Shown: positions 28,524 through 40,164 of the stretch, in pieces | Layout of the letters: the number at the start of each line of letters is the position of its first letter | Numbering within the stretch: the first letter of the stretch is position 1 | Assembly (NCBI GenBank): GCA_964016885.1 | Contig: OZ024740.1 | Location: 355,074,001-355,138,000, forward strand | DNA from: Eledone cirrhosa | Taxonomy: Eukaryota | DNA length: 64,000 bases | Reading direction: 5' to 3' | Notes under the pieces: generated by a model | The model's input: only the letters and a program-made list of their open reading frames with translations | Database searches by the model: none | What the model was told of the DNA's origin: nothing | Translations under genes and position numbers: made by a program

Positions 28524-29060
28524 TATTTATTTATTCTAGCCTAACAATAGCTAGAGACCTAGGTCGTAGAATTTACTTTACTTTTTTTCTTTACACTTAT
28601 TTGCTTTTCTTCACTCTCAGTATTTTTTCTTTCCTATATATTTCTACCCCCCATTGTTCTACCTACCGTTCCGACTTCCTCCCCCTCCCCCTCCCCAGTA
28701 TCTTCTTTGACCTCATGCCCAGCTGTAGCTGGCACTACCAACGCTTGATTGGGTCTACTCCACCCCCTCCCCTCTTTCTCCTACTGGCAGGTTTAGCCAC
28801 CATCTCCCCTACTAATTTGCAACCACAGAATTACTACTGATTTTTGACAATCACTTTGACCATATATGGAATTACCCCTTGAGAAGATCGGCTATTTAAA
28901 TACCAGGATAAATTTTCATTTAGTCCAGAATTAGCCGTCGAAACGGCTTGAGCTCAGCTGTCGGGGTCTTACTGGTTCCTATTACCCACTCTACTACCTC
29001 AAGTATTGAGTACTTTGGTGCGTTATGGTCCTCCTGGTTCCTTACCACATTTCTTTCGTT
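28317..29060 (+). repeat. Inverted pseudo-LTR, extending about 80 bp further to the true 3' terminus ...TTTCGTT|ATATA
   Basis: Same terminus in the independent copy at 61114-61248. Confidence 0.93.
28866..28983 (+). ncRNA. Type I hammerhead ribozyme, U3:A8 core variant
   Basis: GGAATTA-CCCC TTGAGAA GA(T)CGGCTA..TAGCCGTC GAAA CGGC-TTGAGCTCA-GCTG TC^GGGG..TGGTTCC. Confidence 0.78.
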
Positions 29061-29184
29061 ATATATATATATAGTTTTAATATAGATGAGATTCTACAGG
29101 ACTAGAACTGTTTCAAACTTTATACTCTGCTATGTATTGAGTACCTTACTTACTGTGGTTACCTCCGATTCAACCCGGAATAAC

Positions 29185-29220
<36 letters not shown>

Positions 29221-29704
29221 TGCAACTTTTTAAGGTGACCTACAAGTATATGTGATGTGAGGGAAATTTAGGTGGTTATTTGTAGCTTGAGTAGACCTAC
29301 AACAAAAACATTCCAACAGTCATTGTATATAACTGGGACTATATTCTCTAATATATCTTTCCATTTTAAGGACACAAAGTGTAATTTGTGGGAGCTCAGG
29401 TTGTTATTTTTAGCAGGTCAGCTTTCTGCATACAGGCTGTCTTAGTCATTGTAGTTATCTAACCCCTGGTTGGTTCTGATTAATTAGACCCATGATAAAA
29501 GGTGCACAAGCCATGGCCATCCTGTCTTTTTATATATCAGGGGCTACCTTGTCTTCTTTTGAAGTAGGGAGTATGTTGGACTACATTATATTTTTGTTTC
29601 ATTCTTCTGATACCAACCTGCCTGAAACTGCCCCTGGTTCTATAATACTAAACTGTTTGTTTTAAAGTGTTTATACTTAAATTAAAACATTCCATTATAA
29701 AATG

Positions 29705-29984
29705 CTTTTGCAGTCTTGTCTGCGGAGCGCAGCCCCAACACTGCTGCGCCCTAGGCATAGAGCCCATCACCCTCCCTTTTCCCCCCTTCATTTTGCATTT
29801 TTTAAATATCTGTAGTGTTGTTATTTGAAATAGATTTGTTTATGATTTTCTTGATTTTATAACTGTAAATATCTTAGAAGAAAAATTGGTTGACATCTAT
29901 CTGTATGGTTGGCTGTCTGATTTCAAGATATATTTATTGTTTGATTAAATAAAAATACAATTTTTTGTAATAAAAAAAAAAAAA
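29705..29984 (+). mobile_element. Short poly(A)-tailed retroposed insert inside a MITE
   Basis: AATAAA x2, A13 tail, AAAATG direct repeat on both sides. Confidence 0.55.
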
Positions 29985-30890
29985 TGTTAAATAATGTTAC
30001 AACCATTAACTTAATAATGAAAACTAAGCTATATTAATAAAATAAGGAGCTGATAGTCAGATTGGTTCAAGGAAACAATATTTCTATAGGTGTTAATTTT
30101 GCTGATACTATCTACTGGGTGATATTAGATAGTGTAGAAGAAGGTGGGATTTAAACTGAGAACACATAGAGAGTTAGATCACATATTCAACAATCCTGCC
30201 AATCCACCACCCCTGGAAAGGTACTTTATTTTTTGACCCCGAAAGGATGAAAGGCAAAGTTGACAGTGGCAGAATTTGAAGTGAGAGCACAGATAGTTGG
30301 AGCAAATACTGACACTTCAACAAATTTTCAACAACATGCTTTACAGCATAGAGTTACGTCCCTTTACGCTCTGTGTTCAAATCTCTCCAGGGTTAGCTTT
30401 GCCTTTCATCCTTTTGGGGTTGATAAAATAAAGCACCAGTAATGCACTGGGGTCGCTTTAATCGACTTTCCCCTCCCCATATATTGTTGGCCTTGTGCCT
30501 AAATCAGAAACCATTATTAGTTAGGTAACTAATCCCGCCGAGGTTTACTTTGCCTTTCATCCTTACGGGGTCGATAAAACAAAGTACCAGTAATGTACTG
30601 GGTAATTGTTGGCCTTGTGCCAATAGTAGAAACAATTATTAGTTAGGTAACTGAGCAGTGATTTGGCAGTATTAGTAGAGCGTCCAACAACATGCTTTGC
30701 AGCATAGAGTTACGTCCCTTTATGTTCTGAGTTCAAATTCCGCTGAGGTTAGCTTTGCCTTTCATCCTTAGAAATATGGTAATACATGTAATAAGAAGGC
30801 AAGGTGTGATTCGGTTGCTGGTCTAGCAGTACATAGAGGTTCCCTCTTTGTCTTTATGTACTTTTGAAATGTATTTCTATGACCCGCCTT

Positions 30891-31293
30891 AATACAGAAG
30901 ACCCGCCTTGCCTAAGTACAAAGCGAAACCTACAGTCAGTAGGCATCTCTAACAAAAATACACCCCGTCCCACCCCCACCCCATCCACACCACCCCTTTC
31001 GATGTAAAGTTATGTTGGTACCACAACATCCACTCCAAAATAAATGAGGTTGTGTAGGTGTCTCGACAAAAAAACACAGTCCACGCTGTAATGTGGCCGT
31101 GTAGGTGACACGATAAAAACCTCCCAGTCCACACTGTAAACGTGGTTGGTGTTAGGAAGGGCATCCAGCCATAGAAAACCTGCCAGACAGTCCTATACAA
31201 GCAAGACAACCAATCTTGCCTCAAGTGGGAAAACTCCCGTCCAAACCCATGGTAGCGTGGAACATGGACGTTAAACGATGATGATGATGATGA
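30891..31293 (+). mobile_element. 3' UTR copy of the RTE LINE with (TGA)n tail. Other 3' copies: 52693-53248 (-), 53701-53861 (-)
   Basis: Matches the reverse complement of 54495-55025. Confidence 0.85.
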
Positions 31294-31671
31294 TAGGTCA
31301 CATTACTAAATGTTAAAAACTGTGTTAGACTTATTCATTTCACTTGGACCAACATTGAACATAAAACAATAATTCAATGCTCCTTTCTTTGGCACACTTC
31401 TATATCTCTAAAGCACAATGGATTGTTAGAAGACTTCAGTTGACTTTCTTCCCCTTTCAGTTATTTTAGCCAGAATAATCCTTGCAAACTCATAATTTTT
31501 TATCTAATAATTTATTTCTGTTTGCAAAATACCATTTTATTTATTTATTAGTGGACCCATGCTGTCAATAATGATGGTGGTAGCATTGAACATATTTAGT
31601 TGTTAGAGACTAGAATTGATATGTCATGTATACCAGGGTTGTATGTTTGGTCCCATAACTCCTGATGGAGT

Positions 31672-34533
31672 TATAACAGGACACTGGGTTGTATGTACAA
31701 TACAGGACACTTGGTTGTATGTACAATATTTATTTACGAAGATTGAGCTGAGTAGAGCTGAATAGCTGACATGCCGAGAGAGATGAAACAATGAATTAAG
31801 GAATTCAGGAGGCACGGTCTACTGGCGGAAATGTTGCCAGGGCGTGATTAAGTTGTTGTGTTACATGTTGGCTAGTGGGTTCACGACAAAAGAAAGTTAG
31901 GTTTTTACTTTTTCACAGTCAGAAAGCGAGAGAGTGATTCTTTAAATCAAAGCGGCAATTTTTTCCTCAGGGCGCGTAGAGATACATTCTCTTCTACTGG
32001 CGCTGATTGGCTGAGCTGCGCCAAATTACGCACAGAGAATGTATGTGTGCCTGCGGAATGTAGGTCACTACAATACTCCCCCTCTAGACGTAAGACGATA
32101 CAGATTATTGAATCAGCAGAAAAAAATGCTGAAAGAGCACATCAATGGAAAAAATATATAATTGAACAGAAGCATGCATGCAAGAAAAAAAGGGCCATGT
32201 TGAGCCGCTGTGTCAAATGACTAGCTGTTTTGTAGTTTATACGTGACCACCAAAGGTCTAACAGAAAACGGATAAAGTCTAACATGGGTGAAGTTGCTGC
32301 TCTTGCATTGAATGTTAATGGTAAGTGTTGTACCAGTAGTTGTGAATGAAGCTATTATGGTAGTTTACCAGTGCTGGCAAGAAGATGATGGGTAGGCGAA
32401 AAAATGTCCGCCTCCCAGATGTATTGCCGAAAGTGCTAGGCAGCCAGGAAAAAAATGGCTGGTTGCTTTGAAAAGAAAAAGCAAGTTGAATCTGTAGGTG
32501 GGTAGTAGTTGCAGTGTAAATTCCATAATTCCGGCGAATCCAAAGAAATGGTGGAAATGCTGACTAGTCCAGTTCTATTTGTTGTTTTCCCAGTGAGTCG
32601 GGTAAGGTAACAAGATGGAGGTTGTTATGGACGATGAGTGTGCAACGAGATGCGAAGCTGTTTGAATCCAGCTGCACTTAGCAGTTCTCGTGTTGCGGTG
32701 CCTGTTTGAATCCAGGTGAATTAAGCTCTATGAGTCGCTAGCATGTTTTGGTACCTCCACCAGGTGAAAAGGGATTTCGCAGAATATTACGACGCTTGGA
32801 GATCATATACTATAGACAACAACATGTTGGTGGGTGACAAAGAAATGTGTGCATATGCAGGCATGTAATACAGCAAAGAATGTGTAGGTGCAATCATATA
32901 TACAATGATAAAGAAAATGATACAGTCATATATACAATGTAATCAACTTAAACGAAGAGGTCAAAGGAGCAAAGAAATGTGCTTGAACATAGTTATTAAA
33001 AAAAAAGTTCAAATGTTCAAAATAAAGTTAACAGGTATGTAAGCATATGACAGCAGGAAAGAAAGTGTATCCTCCAGAGAATGTATGCAAGTGGTTTCTG
33101 GACTGTGGTACAACGTGAAATTCCCAACTTCCGAAGGCGGTGGGATTTTCTCACAGGAAGAGTGCTGCAAAAATAAATTCTGTGTTTTGTTCTGCTGGTT
33201 TTGGTTGTTGATAAAGCAAAGTTGAAGCTGTATTGTTGTCTCGCGGAGTGAGCCTATTCGAAGTTGTTTCAATTCACAGTAAAAAGTTTCCCAGAAAAAA
33301 TGAGTTGCGCAAAGTGCTAGAAATAACAGCCAAAGTTGATGGTCGATGTTGAGAACGCGTTGACCTGGATGGGTCAAGAGGCCAGCGACCATAGAAATTA
33401 GCATTCTGAATAAATGCGCAGTTTTCAACGGCAAATTTATGTGGTAAATGTTTAAACCGGCAAATATGAGAATATAGCTTAAGGCTGGAGAATCCTTGGC
33501 AAGAAACATTATCTATGGCGTGTGTTATCTCAGTGAGTCGAGATGTGTGCTCCCACACACGTGCCGAAACAAGGTTAAAGTCAAGTTGAATAAAAAAAAA
33601 ATATTTCTTTTGTGCGAAAAAATGGCGCTAAAATGACAGTGGAACAGGTCGTTGGCAGCCATTTTGAAAAATTTGTGTGTGAACGTGACAATATGATGAA
33701 AAAGAAGGAAAGGCTATATTCACTTTGTATAACAAATATGGCGAGAGTTCAATTTTTTGTGAAAGTGATGAAAAAGTAGCAAAAAAGGCTTAGTTGAATG
33801 AGTAAACGAGCTGTGATGTTCATCAAAATTGCCATGTTGAATATAAGAAAGAATACAGGAGTCCAAGTCTTTTTTTGAGTATTCGTTGTGAGAAGAACGA
33901 AGGATATATCCATTGAGTGAAATACATTTAAACGATGTAAACACGTGAGGTGAAGAGCAAAATTGTTTCTTGTTTGTTTGCTGCTGAGAAAAAGATTACT
34001 TCTATTTTTCATTGTAGACAGTTTCAGAGAAAAAATCCATGTGGAATGTTGTTAGAGGAATTTTTTTTTTTTTTTTTTTTGAAATACTGCTAATTAATTT
34101 TCTTTTTTTCATATTCACACAACACCAGATCCTATTATATTTTCTCGGGGTCACCAATTATAACAGGACACTGGGTTGTATGTACAATATTTATTCACGA
34201 AGATTGAGCTGAGTAGAGCTGAATAGCTGACATGCCGAGAGAGATGAAACAATGAATTAAGGAATTCAGGAGGCATGGTCTACTAGCGGAAATGTTACCA
34301 GGCCGTGGTTAAGTTGTTGTGTTACATGTTGGCTAGTGGGTTCATGATGAAAGAAAGTTAGGTGTTTACCTTTTCACAGTCAGGAAGCAAGAGAGTGATT
34401 CTTCAAATCAAAGCGGGAATTTTTCCTTCAGGGCGCGTATAGATACATTCTCTTCTACTGGCGCTGATTGGCTGAGCTGCGCCAAATCATGCACAGAGAA
34501 TGTATGTGAGCCTGCGGAATGTAGGTCACTACA
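31672..34533 (-). mobile_element. Internally deleted Ty3/Gypsy-like LTR retrotransposon (LTRs 34159-34533 and 31672-32072)
   Basis: Direct repeats of about 375 bp; PBS TGGTGACCCCGA (tRNA-Trp type) at 34145-34156; PPT AGAGGGGGAGT; GAGT TSD; RT (SPFHLV..PK) and RNase H (HFRQY..GRTF) remnants. Confidence 0.88.
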
Positions 34534-35441
34534 GAGTCATAGGGGCGCTGTATTGACGTACACATTTCTTGGGCAGAGCCCATCTCTCTCCTTGTCTGAA
34601 TACAGCAGATTTCTTCCAGAGAAGGGTAGAAAGCGTGAGAGAAGAAATGAGAAAGAGATATAGAGGAAGAATTGACCCCAGTACTAGATCGGTACTTTTT
34701 TTTGTATGAAACGCAAAGTTGACTTTAGTGGGATTTGAACTCAGTGAGGAGTGAGTATGTGGTTAGAATGTCTCAGGAAAGAATTGCTGGACAGATTTTA
34801 CAGGGCAAACCAATAGGTAGGAGACCCAGGGGTATACCCCAAGCAAGATGGTTGGATAACATCGATGAGCTTGGCTGGTCATGCTTGGGGATCCAGCCGG
34901 ATCAGTTGGAGACAGTTGCTTCTGACAGGACCCACTGGAAGGAGTGTTTGAGGACTCTGTCCCCATGACCCTCTGAAGGGTGAAGAAGAAGAAGACACTA
35001 GTTACAGAAATCTAACTTCATAAATCATTAAAGCTGTTTATCCATGCTTCTTTAACCTTTTTGATTCCAATCTGACCAAACTTACATCTGGTTTTATGGA
35101 CCGAATCACCCATTTTACACATATATGTTTCTAATTTAAATCCAAACCTTCCAACATAATTTTATATAAGAACCTTTTGTTATGTTTGAAATCCCATTGC
35201 TGTCCTAGTTGAAAGACACTCACTTGCTGTTCTCTGTCTCACTATGTTGTTTTGTCTCATATGCTTCTTTCCAGTGGCTTTGTCTAAGCCATCATGCAAT
35301 GTGAACTCAGTATTATGCAATATCCGTTTTGTATGAAATTGCATTGCCCAGGTAGTGGCTGATGAGGAAGTTGGATACTTGTGTTCATTCATCCCACATA
35401 TTTCCCACATATTTCTTTTTTTTTTTTTGTGTGCAACATTG

Positions 35442-35497
<56 letters not shown>

Positions 35498-35767
35498 CAT
35501 CATCTCCATTTAACATCCATTTTTTCCTACCTGGCATGGGTAGCCGAATTATCCTGTTGTGAGCAATGCCAGGTCAGGCAATTTTGGCTTGGTTTCTACA
35601 GCTGGATGCCCTTCCTAGCACCAACCTCATTTACAGTGAGTACTGGGTGCTTTTTGTTATGATGCCTACATGACCACTTTATAGTGTGATCAGAGTACAT
35701 TTTGCTGTGACACCTACACAACCACTTTACATGGTAAAAAGTACCCAGTCCACATATATCTATCTAA

Positions 35768-35815
<48 letters not shown>

Positions 35816-36464
35816 ATATTTGTGTGTATTTATGCACACACACACATAGCTCAAGAGGATGAGAAAATCATAAAGAGATAAACCTGTTTCTAAGGGATGA
35901 TAATTTCTGGCATAAAAACATTTCAGTATGATTTTGTGTCTTTCTTTACCATGCATTTTCACATTTTTATTATTTCTTACATAAATGCATGACCTGGATT
36001 TTTATAGGACAAGAACAGTCAGTTATAATAATTAGTACTTATTTTATTGACCCCCCCCCTCCCGGTAGGTTGATAGTCCTCAATAGTATCATAGAAAAGA
36101 CATCTCACAAATACAATGTCTACTTCACCATTGTCACTTCCACTTCTTACCTTCAGTGTCTGTTGTTATTCTATTCATTTTGATTTCTCTTACTGACACT
36201 CTCTGTCTCATACTGTTACCTCATTTTACTGCCACTCCCCTGCATCTCTCTCTTTCCTTCATTTTTTTTGTCTTTCATTTCTCTCATGCTTTCTATCTTT
36301 CTGGCTCTCTCTCATATTCTTTCATCTAACTTCAACTGTTAGTTTGTATGCTTTGTTTATATATTGATAACTTCTGTAACTTAAAATTCTTTTTTGTTAA
36401 AGATGTTTCTATTACCATAGAAAAGATATTCCAAACTTACGTTATGTTTGTGTTTATTCCCTAG

Positions 36465-36584
36465 CTATTGGAGTGTCTGCAAAACAATACATCGATGAAG
36501 GTCAGCTTGTACCTGATAACCTGGTACTTCAATTGATTCTTGATTCAGTACAGTCACACAAAGATGATTCTTGGCTTCTTGATG
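36465..36584 (+). CDS. AK3: AK3 exon 2
   Basis: AIGVSAKQYIDEGQLVPDNLVLQLILDSVQSHKDDSWLLDG; cctag|...|gtaagg. Confidence 0.95.
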
Positions 36585-36689
36585 GTAAGGCCACCTCTCT
36601 TTGCTCTTTTTAATGAAGATTGTTCTTTAACCTTTTTATTATCATGGTCTATTTGTCTTAATGGTAAGTCTAATATGTTTGTTAAAGTT

Positions 36690-37260
36690 AAACTGGCAGG
36701 TGATCTTGAATATGACCTTTGATCTTTTTGTTGAGTGAAGCAAGAAATGGCTTGTTACCTTTAATGCATCCAACACTAAACTGCTATTTTATAATCATCA
36801 CAGAGAACCACTTTTGCCTTCTATTAATATGGTTGATCATATCCTTCAAGAGAACAATTCTATATGCCTTCTTGGTCTGATATTTTCTAATGATTTCAGC
36901 TGGAATGGTTTTATCACATCGATTGCCAAGTCTGCTGCCCAGAAAAAAGGTTTGCTCTATCATACCAAAAGATTTTTCAGGTCTGAAAATATCTTATATC
37001 TTTATAAATCTACTATTCATCTGGTTTAGTACTTCTGCTGGACACCTTGAGACTTTAGATAAGATCCAGAGAAGAATTATCAACATTATTGGTCCTAACT
37101 TGTCATGCCAGCGTCAATCACTATCACACCATCAAAATGTTGCCTGTCTGTACTGGCTTTATAAATATTTTCATGGGAATTGTTCTGATGAATTTCCCCT
37201 TTGTTGCCTTTGTTTAACCTGTCGACTGACATCTATATTTTACAGAGCTACAGTTGCTGT
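36690..37260 (+). mobile_element. Decayed CR1/Jockey-group LINE 3' fragment
   Basis: LLGLIFSNDFSWN..IAKSAAQK.GLLY..K.FF....LYLYKS; LDKIQRR. Confidence 0.7.
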
Positions 37261-38728
37261 GCCATTTTTTTCCCCAGTAAAATGACTAGTTTTTTTTAAA
37301 CAAACGTTTATTAACAACACATATCTGAATGATTGACAAACGTCACATCAATAAACTAGTAACCCCATCTAGCTTTGAAGTTGGAAACGAGTTCATAACT
37401 TTGAAGTTAATAGCTGTCAGAAAAGAGTGGCACTGGAATGCATACATGTTAGGATGAGTTAGCTCATCTATGGAGTTTCTAAATGTAATTGCAAATCCTA
37501 TTCTGATAGTTTCTTCCCCTGCACATCTCACCTATGGACTTCTCTTCCAGCTTCTTGCTTTCCTGACAACTACAATTTATAAAAATTCAAAAGTAATATC
37601 GATCATTATCCTCTCTCTTCTTGAATTTTGTTCTCTCTATCTTGTCCTTTTCCATTCTCAGTAACTGCTTGCATTTTAGTGGCTTTATTTATTTTGGACC
37701 ATCAACATTTTGGTATGGGCTACTAGTGGTTCACCTGGACCATGTGTTGCATCACTGTATTAGTAGATCAACTTTAGTACTTTAGAAAGAAAGAAAAGGG
37801 TCCTTAACTCTTGGTGAAGTCATTGAGGTTAATTCAGATTGTTGTTTCTTAGGGCTTGTCTGTTCTGATTAAATAGACATGTGATTAACTGTCTAATTGC
37901 CATATTTTTCTATAAAATATGCTACATATGTGTTTCAATTAATTCTGTAAATAATCAACAATTTAACCATGATGACACCAGATTTGTTGGCCGTTGATAG
38001 ACTATTTTGAGTGTGTTCTACTTCTGCAGTAGGATCGCCCTGACGACTACAGAAGTCAAGGGATGATGATGATGATGATGTTTAGTACATAAAGATATTC
38101 TTCCATAACATTTTATACTTAAAATAGGAATACTTTAAATCAAAAGGTTTGTCAGAATAGAATTGGAGTGGTTTATGGGACTAAAAAAACATCCACGACA
38201 ACCCCTTGAATCCAAAGGTCCACTTTCTCTTGCAGATTATCAAGGGATGTAACTCTTACATATACTGTAAGGCATTTAGTCCAACATTACTGTGATTATG
38301 CCAATCTGCTTTCTTCCTCTGATTTTCATACATTGGTACAAGGTTACAAATTTACATGGAAGAAGTATAATCAGTGGAATCAATCTCAGTACATTACTGG
38401 TATCTATTTCATTATTCCTGGCAAGGGATTTGAAGTTAGAAAGGACACAATTAAATACTGTTTATTATTTAGTCCCCTTTTATAACACTCCAGAAATAAT
38501 AGTTGTTTAGCCCCAGGCCAAACCTGATTGCGCAGTCCTATGGTCAAAGGCATCCCTGTCGTAACCACTTCTTTTTAGGGGTATGTCTCAAACTACATTG
38601 CCCAATGCAGAGGGAGTTAGCTACTAAAAAATTAGCTTTGCTATGTGCAAGTGTTTTTTCTTAGAATAATCTTATTTAATTGAATTGGTTTATTGAGATC
38701 CTCCTCAATATACTACATAACCCCCCCC

Positions 38729-38761
<33 letters not shown>

Positions 38762-38775
38762 CATGCATATACATA

Positions 38776-38940
38776 CGAGGATCGACTGAAATGATCAAAT
38801 GAGGTTTATTTTTCAACATAGTTCATAAAAAGAAACAATGCAGGTATTAATAGGAAGATTTGAAATTAATGCATGCAAGATTTTGAAGCTCTAGCATCAC
38901 TCCTTCATAATCAGTCTATGGACTTTCCAGCCAATCCTCA
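38776..38940. mobile_element. Mariner-type MITE remnant
   Basis: TA-CGAGG...TGAAA start and CTTTCCAGCCAATCCTC end. Confidence 0.45.
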
Positions 38941-39326
38941 GACATACAATAAATAATGAGGAAACCCTCTATTTGGTTTCTTGACCTGCTGGAATCTCCC
39001 TCAAATGGCACCCAGCTGTCTAAAGGGAAAAAGGGCACATTGAATATGCTATACTTGAAAAAAAAAAGATGGGGTGGTCATGGTAGGATAGCCAGCCTTA
39101 TGCTGAACAATAACAACAAAAGTGCTTTTACAAGACAACAAATGTGCCTTTACATACGTAGTTCCTCAACCTGCAAGAAATAGCAGGCACTCCTTTCTCA
39201 AAGCACAATCTAAGGTGTAAAAAAATATTAACTCGGGGTATATAGCCTTAGGTATTATATGATAGCATAGAAGAAATATTTTTTTTGCTAGCTAGCTTCT
39301 CTCATGCTAGCCACCAAATACAATAG

Positions 39327-39614
<288 letters not shown>

Positions 39615-40044
39615 TAGGGTTTTGGTTCACTATTGTAACATTGAAAGTTCAATTACCAGTGGTATGTTACGTTCTTGGTGCATACTCATATGGTGCAAGA
39701 GAAAACCGTAGATATGAGGAAATCAGAAAGCTAAAAAAACAGTCTGTTAAATAACAAGTAAGGAAAAATTAGAATCTGTGACTAATTATAATCTTTTTTT
39801 TATTTACACTATATTAGATCAACTTCACATTACTACGTAGTAAAAGTAATATTCATATTCAGATTTAGGTGCAAGGACCAAATTTCTATCACCAACTGCT
39901 TTACATTGTGTATTGTGTGCATTTTATTTTGTCATCAACACTAGAGAGGTTGTTATGTCCTTGACATAACTGAAGAGTCTTCTGATCCCTTTTATTAATT
40001 TTTTTTTTGTGTGTTAAAATTCTAAGATATTTTATTTTTCTTAG

Positions 40045-40164
<120 letters not shown>

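Larger units (their letters stand above)
24860..29060 (-). mobile_element. Penelope-like retroelement (Naiad-type, RT + C-terminal GIY-YIG) with inverted pseudo-LTR, inserted in (TA)n
   Basis: STKNIPIP, RLRWR, TLKDH.., RLINPTKSDIG, FIQFDIESYY, MGATDSAEV, GLYRDDGL, FLDVTL, CNC..CPL..C, VIY..YIG..FKTR..H, CNLC.EE, LLNK; (TA)n at both ends. Confidence 0.93.

Noticed and set aside
28926-28960. SECIS-like hairpin in the PLE repeat
   Set aside because: No in-frame UGA in the ORF and no clear AUGA/GA quartet; the hammerhead fold accounts for the sequence better
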